The notes: generated from the sequence alone by a model not told the origin. Positions 1-9,247 are shown, counted from the first letter of the stretch. The stretch is 56,796 bases of DNA from an uncultured Deferribacteres bacterium (GCA_964014485.1 CAXHAT010000020.1:1-56796), one strand, 5' to 3'. Made by a program: numbers and translations.

Positions 1-41
1 CAAGAAGCTCGTCGGCAGCGTCAGATGTGTATAAGAGACAG
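1..41 (+). other. Sequencing adapter artefact: 8-nt index CAAGAAGC plus Nextera/Tn5 read-1 adapter and mosaic end
   Basis: 9..41 is TCGTCGGCAGCGTCAGATGTGTATAAGAGACAG; it supplies the spurious 'MCIRDS' start of ORF 25..846. Confidence 0.98.
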
Positions 42-846
42 CTTTAAGCTCAAGCCGACGCTCACTTTTTCCAAGGGAGGCTACGTTTCGTTTCCCGTCG
101 TTTTCGCTTCATGGCTGAATCGCGTTCCCGTCGTGACCCACGAGTCCGACGTGACGCCGGGCTTGACCACGCGGCTTTCCATGCCGTTCGCCAGGAAAAT
201 CTGTGTCACTTTTGAGCGCACGGCGGATTTTGTCAAGCAAAAGGAAAAAATCGTTCATACCGGCCTGCCGGTGCGCCCGGCGCTTTTGAACGGCAAGCGC
301 GAGCGCGGTTTGGAATTTTGCAAAATCGACGGTTCGCGACCCACGATTTTGGTTATGGGCGGCAGTCTCGGTTCGCGATTTATCAACGAAAACGTGCGGC
401 AAGCGCTCCCCAAAACTCTCCAGGTCTACAATGTTGTGCACCTTTGCGGCAAGGGACAAGTCGACGCATTGCTCTCACGCGAAAATTATGTGCAATTTGA
501 ATATTTACAAGAAGAATTGCCGGACGTTCTCGCCTGCGCCGATCTTGTCGTTGGGCGGGCCGGAGCGACCTCGTTGTTTGAGCTGCTCACGCTGAACAAG
601 CCGCATCTGCTCGTCCCGCTTTCGGCAAAAGCCAGCCGCGGCGACCAGATCGAAAACGCGCAATTTTTTGAAAGTCAAGGGATTAGTCGCGTGATTCAGG
701 AGGAAGATTTGACCCCGGAAAAACTGGTTGAAGCAGTTGAGACGGCGTTTCAAAATCGCGAGGAGAGCATTGCCAGAATGAAAACTTTTCCGCTGCCGGA
801 TGCAATCAACAAAATCCTGCAAACCATCGAATCCTGCGCAAAATAG
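42..846 (+). CDS. murG: Undecaprenyldiphospho-muramoylpentapeptide beta-N-acetylglucosaminyltransferase, 5'-truncated
   Basis: FSKGGYVS, HESD, TGLPVR, MGGSLGS, GRAGATSLFE and SRGDQIENA motifs of MurG (GT28). Confidence 0.93.
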
Positions 847-920
847 CGCCCGCCTATCTCATTCTTCAAGAAAAGCTTTCGGCGCTTACGGCATAGCGCA
901 CCTTCGGCGATCTTGTCGTA

Positions 921-1008
921 GTGCTATACAACATCGTAGGGGTTCAAAATCTTGAACCCCTACATTTGGAATACCTTTCATTCAGAGACCATGCTTTTAG
1001 GCAGTCCC
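921..1008 (-). mobile_element. Partial copy (one end only) of the GGGGCTGTCC-ended MITE with a GTAG REP core
   Basis: Palindrome GTAGGGGTTCAAAATCTTGAACCCCTAC at 936..963; the flank matches 36506..36626 in reverse orientation. Confidence 0.8.
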
Positions 1009-1092
1009 GAAATAAACCGGCGTCGTTCTTAAAAAATCTCTCACCGCCTTCAAGACTTTTTCGGAAGATTGAGTGTCCTGGATTTCCTTTAG

Positions 1093-1250
1093 AGACTGTT
1101 TTAAAAGTCCCTTAGGGATGCTTGATAATAGCCAGGCGATTTATCGCCTGGAATCGATGGTCTCTTATGATTTCAAGTCCCGCCAGGGACGATTGAAGGT
1201 GGAAACGCAATAGAATTTCAACCGTCCCTGCGGGATTTTTAAAACAGCTT
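1093..1250. mobile_element. MITE-like element with CTGTTTTAAAA terminal inverted repeats around hairpins
   Basis: AGACTGTTTTAAAA...TTTTAAAACAGCT ends; internal CCAGGCGATTTATCGCCTGG palindrome and an inverted TCCCGCCAGGGACGATTGAA / TTCAACCGTCCCTGCGGGA pair. Confidence 0.6.
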
Positions 1251-1251
1251 A

Positions 1252-1338
1252 TTATACCACTTCCCTTCATTTTCTATCCGTCAAATCCGGTCATTTAGCC
1301 ATATTGTAACGGATAAGGAATCAAGGAAAAAGGTATAA
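1252..1338. mobile_element. Small TTATACC...GGTATAA-ended MITE-like inverted repeat
   Basis: Imperfect ~28-bp terminal inverted repeats (TATACCacTTcCCTTcATT..TATCCG / CGGATA..AATcAAGGaAAaaGGTATA). Confidence 0.5.
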
Positions 1339-1390
1339 GGGCGCGTAAGGTGATGGAGGAATTGAGGAAAGGCTACTGGAAGCGCTGGAC

Positions 1391-1419
1391 AAAAAAAGGC
1401 CGTTAGTATTAACGGCCTT
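1391..1419 (-). terminator. Rho-independent terminator after the R3H gene
   Basis: AAGGCCGTTA-gtat-TAACGGCCTT stem followed by a T-run on the minus strand. Confidence 0.8.
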
Positions 1420-1447
1420 CAACAAAAAATCAAACTATGACTTGCTT

Positions 1448-2026
1448 CTAGAACAGTTTTAGCTTTTTGACGATTTTTTTGATTTTCCGCCCAAATCGAA
1501 CCGGCGTGATGCGAATGTGTCGCTCATCATCTTCGCCAAACGAATTGGTTTCAATGCTTTCGATGTCTTTCAGAGCGTCATGAACGATGAATCGCTCATA
1601 ATTGCTCATCGGCGGCAAATTGATTTGTTCGCCGGTTTCCAGAGAAGATTGCGCTTGATCCAAGGCGTACTGCCGCAGTTTGCCAACCGGAAAAATCCAG
1701 AGCAGGTATTCTTCTCCGTTGCGGTAAGTCTTGGTCTCGTAATCATCTTTTCTGTCATAAAATTGATGCACGCGCTTGCGTTCGTATGCGTTCAGATCTT
1801 CCAGACACACCGCCTGGGTCGAATCGACCAGCATATCCTGCGCATTGCGAATCAACCTTTGAATGCGTTCATCCTCATGCGGATCGCGTCTCGGCGGTCT
1901 TCTGCCGCGAAAGCCCCCGCCGCCGCCGCGATTGTTGCGTCCGCGACCTCTGCCTCCATAGCCGGAATTCCTGCCGCCTCGGTAATTATCGCTGCGACGC
2001 GACTCTTGATTCCTTTCTTCGCTCAT
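1448..2026 (-). CDS. RNA/ssDNA-binding protein: RGG-rich N-terminus plus two R3H domains (Jag/KhpB-related C-terminus)
   Basis: LNAYERKRVH and LPPMSNYERFIVH (RxxxH) motifs; SFGEDDERHIRI tail; GAGGTG RBS. Confidence 0.8.
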   Translation of the reverse strand: MSEERNQESRRSDNYRGGRNSGYGGRGRGRNNRGGGGGFRGRRPPRRDPHEDERIQRLIRNAQDMLVDSTQAVCLEDLNAYERKRVHQFYDRKDDYETKTYRNGEEYLLWIFPVGKLRQYALDQAQSSLETGEQINLPPMSNYERFIVHDALKDIESIETNSFGEDDERHIRITPVRFGRKIKKIVKKLKLF

Positions 2027-2039
2027 ATCTCACCTCTTC

Positions 2040-3521
2040 TTACTTAAGTGTGGTGTTGTTAAGTGTCGCCGCCAAGCGATGAGGCAATCGATCAAAGTTC
2101 CCGTTGCTCATAAAAACAACTATGTCTTTGCTTTGCGTCCCTTCCGCCAAGCAGTTCAAAACGGCATCGTTCGATGTGAACGAACGCGCTGTTTTGCCCT
2201 TTTTATTCAATGCGTTGACGATGTTTTCAACCGACATTCTTTCGCTTGCAGGCGCCTTTTCAGGCATATGCATCGGCGCTAAAATGATTTGATCGGCCTC
2301 ATCGAAAGCGGCGTAGTATTGATTTTCAAAAACCTTGCGTTTTGCAGACGCGGTTCTCGGCTCAAAAACGGCGACTATGCGCCGATTTGGAAAACGTTGC
2401 CGAACGCCTTTCAGCGTTTCGCGAACAGCGGTTGCATGATGCGCGAAATCCTCAAAAATGAGGACTTTGTTTATGTCAGCGATCTGCGTCATTCGGCGAC
2501 GAACGCCCTTGAACGACGAAAGACCGTCTTGAATTTTTTCTAGTGGAATTTCTAAAATGGTTGCTGAAACAAATGCCGCGAGTACATTGCGGACGTTGTA
2601 TTCGCCAAAAAGCGGCGTGGTTAATTCGCAGTATTTTTGCCCGTCTTTTAAAACGATGAACCGTGACCCCGCCTCGCCAAATTCCAAATCAACGGCGCGC
2701 CAGGTTGCCGAAGGTGACAGCCCGAAACTGTGAACGTTCGAGTAAGCCATTGCAATCAGTTCGGTCACAACCGGATCGTCCGCGTTGGCGACAATGTGCC
2801 CGTTGCCGGGAATAATGTTGATCATCCGCCGAAACGAGGTCTTGATTTCTTCAAGGTTGTTGTAAATATCGGCGTGGTCAAATTCAATGTTGTTGATAAT
2901 CGCAAGGTCAGGTCGGTAGTGCAAAAATTTCGGGCCTTTGTCGAAAAACGCGCTGTCGTATTCGTCGCCTTCAGAAACAAAATAACGGCCTTCGCCTAAT
3001 TGAAATCCGCGTTGAAAGTTTTCCGGAATTCCGGCGATAAAAAAACCGGGGTTGGCGTCCGCCGATTCTAAAATCCAGGCTAAAATTGATGAGGTGGTCG
3101 TTTTACCATGTGTTCCAGTGACGACGCAAGAATAATAGTCCTTGATAAACTTTTGTCCCAGAGCGGCGGGCATGGAAAGATAGGCTATTTTTTCATTGAG
3201 GACGTATTCGACCTCCGAATTGCCGCGCGACATGGCATTGCCGACAATCACCAAATCCGGGCGATTTGCTTGAAGGTGCGCTTCGTCAAAACCTTGTAAG
3301 ACTTCAATTTGTTGGTCGGCGAGAAATGTGCTCATCGGCGGGTAAACATTCTCGTCGGAACCCCAGACGTGATGGCCGCGAGATTTCAGCATGGCGGCGA
3401 GCGAAGCCATGCCAGTACCACAAATTCCAATAAAATATATACTTAAATTGCTTTTCAACAGTCTGTCCAAATCTTCCGAACCCTGTTTTTTCAAGGGCTC
3501 AAAAATATCAAAGCCGCGCAA
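2040..3521 (-). CDS. mpl: UDP-MurNAc:L-Ala-gamma-D-Glu-meso-DAP ligase (murein peptide ligase)
   Basis: GICGTGM, VYPPMS, GTHGKTTT, EGDEYDSAFFDK, NNIEFDHADI, DFAHH, FEPRT, MSNGNF. Confidence 0.92.
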   Translation of the reverse strand: MRGFDIFEPLKKQGSEDLDRLLKSNLSIYFIGICGTGMASLAAMLKSRGHHVWGSDENVYPPMSTFLADQQIEVLQGFDEAHLQANRPDLVIVGNAMSRGNSEVEYVLNEKIAYLSMPAALGQKFIKDYYSCVVTGTHGKTTTSSILAWILESADANPGFFIAGIPENFQRGFQLGEGRYFVSEGDEYDSAFFDKGPKFLHYRPDLAIINNIEFDHADIYNNLEEIKTSFRRMINIIPGNGHIVANADDPVVTELIAMAYSNVHSFGLSPSATWRAVDLEFGEAGSRFIVLKDGQKYCELTTPLFGEYNVRNVLAAFVSATILEIPLEKIQDGLSSFKGVRRRMTQIADINKVLIFEDFAHHATAVRETLKGVRQRFPNRRIVAVFEPRTASAKRKVFENQYYAAFDEADQIILAPMHMPEKAPASERMSVENIVNALNKKGKTARSFTSNDAVLNCLAEGTQSKDIVVFMSNGNFDRLPHRLAATLNNTTLK

Positions 3522-3622
3522 TGCGGGCTCACATCAAAATCTTCAAAATTGTGCGGCGCGAAGATAACAATTTTTTCTGATAAATATGACAAGAAAAAAA
3601 GGGCCTGCAAAAATCATCATTC

Positions 3623-3650
3623 GTAGGGATGCGATGCATCGCGTTTCTAC
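3623..3650. repeat. GTAG-family REP-like palindrome
   Basis: GTAGGGATGCGATGCATCGCGTTTCTAC; related copy at 43360..43386. Confidence 0.65.
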
Positions 3651-3664
3651 ATTTTTATCAGTAA

Positions 3665-3946
3665 CTGATGTTACGCGCCGGCTTCATAATCCAGCAACCT
3701 TTTATCAAAGCCATTCGGCGGCGGCGCCCTGCCGCCAACCTAATTTCGAGACGCCCAAAATTCTCGTTCCCAATCTCGGGATTGGGAACGCAATTGCACT
3801 CGAAACTCCAGTTTCGACTGAGGGCTTTGGTTCGAAACCGGAGTTTCGTGCCCATTTTCATTCCCAAACCGGAGTTTGGGAACGAGCTGTAATGAGACGC
3901 TGTTTACGGTTGAGTCTCGGAAATGCTTTACTGCGCGTAACATCAG
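3665..3946. mobile_element. MITE, CTGATG family, copy A
   Basis: 14-bp perfect TIR CTGATGTTACGCGC; 7-bp direct repeat TCAGTAA on both sides (3658..3664 and 3947..3953); inverted near-copy at 11907..12187. Confidence 0.92.
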
Positions 3947-4837
3947 TCAGTAAACCCGAACACTGTCACGCGCCACATAAACGCGCTTCACAATGCCGGA
4001 ATCGCCAAGTGCGCCGAGACTTTGTCCGTCTCTTGTCAGAACCGTTGCGCCCGCGTTGCCGGTTTTCAAGTCAACGGAGCTTTGAATAAGCCAACGCATG
4101 GATTCATCCGGCTGTAAAAGGTATTCTTTCATTTCGCCGCCGTCAATGCTGATCTCCAGCCAGACCCTGCCCTTCGCATTGAGCGCCAGAGAAAATGGCG
4201 CAGCTCCGACGTTCCCGGAACCTTGGGTCAGTGAAGCGGTCGGATGTGTTTTCGTTTCATTCTGCGCAGTTTTTGGGGCCGCTGAAGAATCTAAAACGGC
4301 GCGTTGTTCGGCAACGATTTCATCAAAAGTCGGCTCGGCGGCCGGCGTTGTCGCGGTCGTAGGCGAATCCGTTGAAGAATCTGAGCCGAACGAAAAAATC
4401 GAAATGATGATCAGCAGGACGACGATAACGCCGAGTCCAATCGCCAATTCCTTGTAGTGCGTTGCTTTTATTGTCTGGAAATTCGAGAGCGGACGCGCGC
4501 TTTGCTTGTTGGCCTGATGTTGCTCGGCTTGCTCATCAAGCTTACGGACTTCGTCTTGGTACGGAGCGTCGAGGTTCAAATCATCCTCGGTTACTACCGT
4601 CGGCGTTTCGCTTTTTTCCCAGGCTTCAATCAACGCTTCGCTGTCAATATCGACGAATTGTGCGTAAGTTTTAATATATGCCAAAACGTAAGGTTTAGGC
4701 AAAAATGTAAATACGCCTTGCTCGATGTTGGCCAAATAGTCTTGGTTGATCCGGGTCTCTTCGGCAATTTGCGAGAGCGAAATTTTTTTCTCTTTGCGCG
4801 CTCTTGAAAGCTGATCCCCGATGTCCTTCTTTTCCAC
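3947..4837 (-). CDS. rodZ: RodZ-like protein (HTH, transmembrane helix, DUF4115)
   Basis: IGDQLSRAR...TRINQDYLANIEQG...YVLAYIKTYA HTH; single TM; VWLEISIDG and GNAG C-terminal motifs. Confidence 0.8.
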   Translation of the reverse strand: MEKKDIGDQLSRARKEKKISLSQIAEETRINQDYLANIEQGVFTFLPKPYVLAYIKTYAQFVDIDSEALIEAWEKSETPTVVTEDDLNLDAPYQDEVRKLDEQAEQHQANKQSARPLSNFQTIKATHYKELAIGLGVIVVLLIIISIFSFGSDSSTDSPTTATTPAAEPTFDEIVAEQRAVLDSSAAPKTAQNETKTHPTASLTQGSGNVGAAPFSLALNAKGRVWLEISIDGGEMKEYLLQPDESMRWLIQSSVDLKTGNAGATVLTRDGQSLGALGDSGIVKRVYVARDSVRVY

Positions 4838-4863
4838 GGAAAATCCGCCTTACTTTAAACAAA

Positions 4864-5457
4864 CTAACTCAATTCTTTCCGACAAACTTCGTAAAAACGA
4901 AACAGCGGGAATCCGACGACATTGTAGAAACAACCCGCGATTTTCTCCACAAATATCGCACTGCCGTCTTGAATGCCGTAAGCGCCGGCCTTGTCCATCG
5001 GGCTGCCGGTCGCAACATATGCGCTTATCTCGGTGCGAGTCAACGGCTTGAATGTAACGGCGGTTTTCTCAAATCCACTGAAATGACGCCCTTCCGGCTT
5101 TTCAATCACGCTGAAACCGGTGAAAACGTCGTGCGTTCTGCCGCTTAGTATTGCGAGCATACTTTCAGCGTGCGCCTCATTTTCCGGCTTGCCAAGAATA
5201 TTCCCGTCCAAGACAACAATCGTGTCGGCGCCGACGACGTAAGCGTTTTCATATTTCTGAGCAATGGCTTCCGCTTTCTGCTGCGAGAGTTCCTGGACAA
5301 TTGCTTCAGGACTCAGGTTGAGATCAAAGATTTCTTCAACGTCGGAAACATCCACTTTGAAATCCAATCCCGCCTGCGTAAAAAGCTCTTTCCGCCGCGG
5401 CGAACCGGAAGCCAGAATCAAAGGTTTTTGTCGAAAAATGTTTTTAAAAACGTCCAC
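4864..5457 (-). CDS. maf: Maf family nucleoside triphosphate pyrophosphatase
   Basis: LILASGSPRRKEL, GADTIV, ILGKP, DKAGAYGIQ, NVVGFP. Confidence 0.95.
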   Translation of the reverse strand: MDVFKNIFRQKPLILASGSPRRKELFTQAGLDFKVDVSDVEEIFDLNLSPEAIVQELSQQKAEAIAQKYENAYVVGADTIVVLDGNILGKPENEAHAESMLAILSGRTHDVFTGFSVIEKPEGRHFSGFEKTAVTFKPLTRTEISAYVATGSPMDKAGAYGIQDGSAIFVEKIAGCFYNVVGFPLFRFYEVCRKELS

Positions 5458-5495
5458 CGTCTAATCACTGATTTCTATTCACTAAAAACTAACTT

Positions 5496-5936
5496 CTACT
5501 TGCTCTCCAGCATCAACGTCACCGGCCCGTCGTTGTGAATCTCGACGAGCATCATTGCGCCAAAAACGCCGGTTTGGCATTTTATGCCCAGTTTTTCCAT
5601 CGCAGCCACAAAATCTTTATAAATCGGTTCGGCAATTTCCGGCGGGGCGGCTTCAATAAAACTTGGGCGTCTGCCCTTTGCCGTATTGCCGTAGAGCGTA
5701 AACTGGGACACGATCAAAGCTTCGCCGCCAACGTCGAGCAACGAACGATTCATATTGCCGTTTTCATCCGGGAAAACGCGCAGATTCGCGCATTTTCCAG
5801 CGAGGTAGTCGATCTCCTTTTGCGAATCTTCCGCCTTTACGCCCAGAAGAATCATCAGCCCCTTGTCGATCTTGCCGACGATTTTGTCGTCAACCGAAAC
5901 GAACGCCTGGCTGACGCGCTGAACCAAAGTTCTCAC
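5496..5936 (-). CDS. dtd: D-aminoacyl-tRNA deacylase
   Basis: Likely GTG start at 5936 (MRTLVQRV); SQFTL, KGRRPSF, NDGPVT. Confidence 0.95.
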   Translation of the reverse strand: MRTLVQRVSQAFVSVDDKIVGKIDKGLMILLGVKAEDSQKEIDYLAGKCANLRVFPDENGNMNRSLLDVGGEALIVSQFTLYGNTAKGRRPSFIEAAPPEIAEPIYKDFVAAMEKLGIKCQTGVFGAMMLVEIHNDGPVTLMLESK

Positions 5937-5938
5937 TG

Positions 5939-6805
5939 TTAAAAATCCTGTCCAAGATAAATGGCTAATAAACCGACCAGCATATCCGCCTTCAAAATTT
6001 GGCTCAAAAGACGCAGATTGGCGTTTTCGCGCTGCGTCCATAAAATGAAAATTACGCCAAGCAAAACGCCGCCCACGCCGGGCAAAACGACGAGCAGATA
6101 GTTGAGGTTATAGATTCCAGTCGCGAAGGGAATGATGGTGGTAACGATGAGAAGAATGTATACGCAAGTAATAATAATCATCGCCGACCGTCGTCCATAA
6201 CGTATCGGTATCGTCTGCGCCGCAAGTGCTGCGTCGCCTGCAACGTCTTCCAAGTCTTTTAAAACTTCTCGGCCGAAATGAAACAGCGCTGCGAAAATCG
6301 CCGGAATCACGCCCGCGCGCCAATCGCCTGCCGCTGATGCGCCGTAAATGAACGCCGCGCCGGTCACGAGACTGACGGCCAGGTTGCCCCAAAAGGCGGT
6401 GCGCTTTAGCTTGGCGCTGTAAAAGATTAACAAAATTGAACTTAGCGCCGCGATAGCCGTGCCGAGAACGGTGACGAATATACTAAAAAAAACGCCCGCC
6501 GCAAATAGAATTATCGACCACCAAAGCGCCGCATTTAAGGACAATTTCTCGGATGGCAGCACGCGGTCAGGCCGATTGATGCGGTCGATTTCGACGTCAA
6601 ACCAATCATTAATCACATTCGCCGCCGCCGTGATGAGAATACCGGAAAGCGCCGCAAACCAAACTTGCGGCCAAATCGGATGGGGAACGGCAATAGCAGC
6701 AGCAATAAAAATACTCAAACCGCCGATGGCGCAGTTTGCAGGGCGGGTAATTTGAAGAAGTGCGGAGAATTTGTTGAGCATACGGGAGAGTGATTGATGC
6801 GGCAC
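5939..6805 (-). CDS. UbiA-family prenyltransferase, DGGGP-synthase-like
   Basis: RPAN, NVINDWFDVEIDRINRPDRVLPS, YSAKLK, REVLKDLEDVAGD; about 9 TM helices; start may be 6781. Confidence 0.85.
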   Translation of the reverse strand: MPHQSLSRMLNKFSALLQITRPANCAIGGLSIFIAAAIAVPHPIWPQVWFAALSGILITAAANVINDWFDVEIDRINRPDRVLPSEKLSLNAALWWSIILFAAGVFFSIFVTVLGTAIAALSSILLIFYSAKLKRTAFWGNLAVSLVTGAAFIYGASAAGDWRAGVIPAIFAALFHFGREVLKDLEDVAGDAALAAQTIPIRYGRRSAMIIITCVYILLIVTTIIPFATGIYNLNYLLVVLPGVGGVLLGVIFILWTQRENANLRLLSQILKADMLVGLLAIYLGQDF

Positions 6806-6909
6806 AGGCGGTTTTTGCGTGATGATTATTGGTGGCTATTGTTTTAAATAACGCGACTCATTTGGTTGTTGAATCCGGGAAATCGCGCTTCATGATAGAT
6901 TTTGGGCAT

Positions 6910-7332
6910 TCAATTATCGGGAGGATGCCATCCGGCTCGAATCCAGTTTTTTCGGACCGTCACAGCCAGTTTGTTGTTTAATCTGAGAGCATTTACGGTC
7001 GCACGCCCAACAGCGGTTAAACCAATTATCTTCGCTCCGCCCGCCCCCCACGTAAAATGATCATTCCACTTTTGTTGGCGCGGATGAAACAACCTTACGT
7101 TTCGTCCGCTTTTGGGATCCGCCTCGTCCGTTTTCTTCCATTTGTATTGGTTACATAATTCACATGCCAAGCATAAATTTGCGTCTTTATCAGACCCTCC
7201 GGCAGACTTCGGGATGATGTGGTCGATTTGAAGCGCCCCCATGACAAAATGCTGTTGGCTAAGACAATACTTGCAACGTTCACCTGCTCGCCGGCGAACG
7301 CGTTGCCGAATTCTTGCAGGAATCCGTTTCAC
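6910..7332 (-). CDS. HNH endonuclease (putative toxin of a two-gene module)
   Basis: CKYC...IDHIIPKSAGG...NLCLACELCN; LFHPRQQKWNDHF; GLTAVGRATV. Confidence 0.9.
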   Translation of the reverse strand: MKRIPARIRQRVRRRAGERCKYCLSQQHFVMGALQIDHIIPKSAGGSDKDANLCLACELCNQYKWKKTDEADPKSGRNVRLFHPRQQKWNDHFTWGAGGAKIIGLTAVGRATVNALRLNNKLAVTVRKNWIRAGWHPPDN

Positions 7333-7721
7333 GCAGATATTGGCTCTCGCAATTCGCGCCGAACAGCTTCAGCCATTGCTTCTGACTTACGAAGTTGTCC
7401 AACTTGATATATCTGCATCAAAGCCATCAGTTCATATCGTTCAGCGATAGAGAGCCTGGCGTCTTTTCCCTTCTCTTGAAGCGTCCCCAGCCGGTTGTTT
7501 TGAAATGGATTCATCTTGGAATCGGCGAGTGCAATCACCTCATCATCGGATAAGCTAGATATGGGAGGGTAATCGACTTCCGGCAAACCGCCTAAAGTCG
7601 GCCAAATCATTTCTAGAGCGTCCGTTAGCACCGCTTCAATATTCTGGTGCGTGATCCCTCCAAAACGTTTGGCGTGTTCAATGATATTATCAGGCAACGA
7701 GAGCGTAATTTCAACCGCCAT
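7329..7721 (-). CDS. Small hypothetical protein coupled to the HNH gene (putative antitoxin)
   Basis: ATG at 7721 (MAVEITLSLPD, RHH-like start); its TGA overlaps the GTG start of the HNH gene. Confidence 0.65.
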   Translation of the reverse strand: MAVEITLSLPDNIIEHAKRFGGITHQNIEAVLTDALEMIWPTLGGLPEVDYPPISSLSDDEVIALADSKMNPFQNNRLGTLQEKGKDARLSIAERYELMALMQIYQVGQLRKSEAMAEAVRRELREPISA

Positions 7722-7885
7722 TTCCCGACCCTTTTTCAGCAGGTGAAAATTTACATGGTTACACACACAAAATACGAGTGTCTAAGCATGATGGCAACCA
7801 ATATTTTAGATGTGTTTACGCCAAGTCTTGGCCGCTCTAATAAATTTGATGCTTTCGCCAATGAGAGATTGGAAATGCTGCGGTT

Positions 7886-9247
7886 TCAAAACCTGAGCGT
7901 AAACACGGTTCTCTCGTTTGGGATTGAAAAGACGTTGATCGAGCCGCCGTGCAGGCGCATTATTTGTCTGGACAGGCTCAGACCAATGCCGGAGCCTTTT
8001 TGTTTGGTGGTGAAAAACGGAATAAAAATTTTCGCCTGCACTTCCTGCATAATGCCCGTGCCGTTATCTGCAACTTGAATCACCACCCGGCTTCTCTCGT
8101 TGATTCTTGCGCTCATGCGCACCATCGGATGTGCGCAACGCTCGACGGCGTGGAGCGCATTAACGAGAAGATTGATCAAAACCTGTTCGATGAGTTCAGG
8201 ATCGGCGGTCAAGTCAAGCGTATGTGGCATGACCGCAATTTCCAGCTCAACGCCGGCGTCGCTAAACTTTTGTTTGAGCAGAAGCCTGATGTCCTCAAAA
8301 AGCTGCATGATGGAAAATATTTTAAATTCAGGTTTCGGGATGCGGGTCAAATTGCGATACGATTCAACAAAATGAAGCAGGCCTTGACTGCGCTTGCTGA
8401 TCGTCTGAAGCGCGCCGCTGATGTCTTCGACATTTTCCTTGTCGTCGTCGCTGAGTTCGCGCATGGCTTTTGAGTCGTTGACGCCGTCGAGTAAATCATT
8501 GGCGGTTGAAGCGAGAGAAGCGATGGGCGTGACGGAATTCATGATTTCGTGGGTCAAGACGCGAATGAGATTTTGCCACGCTTCCATCTCTTTTTCCTCA
8601 AGCTCGGCCTGAATGTTTTGCAGGGAAACAAGCACAAAGTTTTGCTCGCGCAGGCGAAACTCCGTCGAATAAACCGCGATCTGCAAAAGGTCGTCGTCTT
8701 CACTAACCTGAATCAACTTTTTTTCCCCAGGACGCATTTCCAGGAGTTTGTCGGCAAGTCCTGCGCTGAAGCGGTCCAAAGCACGCATGTTGCGCAAATG
8801 GGGCGTGTGCAACAAACGCTTCGCGGCGGTGTTAATGAGCTCAACCTCGCCGTTACGTTGAAAAACGATCAACCCAACGCCGACGTGCTGCACAACGGTT
8901 TGCAAGTACCGAAAATGCTCTTCCTTTTCCGCGCGAGCTTCCCGGAATTTTGCGAAGACTTCAGAAAAAGCTTCCTTTAGTGAATCGAATGATGAACCCA
9001 GGCCGGCGCCGCTGAAGGATTGCGAAAAATCCGAATGTTTGACAGCGTCAAGAAAGCGCGTGAGATCACGATTCGTTTTTTCGACGTAATGGATGAGCGC
9101 GTAAATTTGATAAATCAGCGTCAAGCCGACGATGAGCGTCGCGGCGTAGAACGAGGTTTGTAAAATGAGGTAAAAAAGCAGGTAAAGCGTGCCGCTGGTA
9201 ATCAGCACGCGGACGATGACATTGATGCGAAAACTTTTAAAGACCAT
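7886..9247 (-). CDS. Sensor histidine kinase (NtrY-like, with PAS domain)
   Basis: Two N-terminal TMs; LTHEIMNS H-box; QVLINLLVNA, DNGTGI, FFTTK, GSGIGL. Confidence 0.93.
   Translation of the reverse strand: MVFKSFRINVIVRVLITSGTLYLLFYLILQTSFYAATLIVGLTLIYQIYALIHYVEKTNRDLTRFLDAVKHSDFSQSFSGAGLGSSFDSLKEAFSEVFAKFREARAEKEEHFRYLQTVVQHVGVGLIVFQRNGEVELINTAAKRLLHTPHLRNMRALDRFSAGLADKLLEMRPGEKKLIQVSEDDDLLQIAVYSTEFRLREQNFVLVSLQNIQAELEEKEMEAWQNLIRVLTHEIMNSVTPIASLASTANDLLDGVNDSKAMRELSDDDKENVEDISGALQTISKRSQGLLHFVESYRNLTRIPKPEFKIFSIMQLFEDIRLLLKQKFSDAGVELEIAVMPHTLDLTADPELIEQVLINLLVNALHAVERCAHPMVRMSARINERSRVVIQVADNGTGIMQEVQAKIFIPFFTTKQKGSGIGLSLSRQIMRLHGGSINVFSIPNERTVFTLRF

Noticed and set aside
3586..4089. ORFs in and around the CTGATG MITEs (also 10751..11076 and 11910..12257) that look like paralogous small proteins
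   Set aside because: Their similarity comes from the repeated non-coding element; there is no RBS or protein motif.
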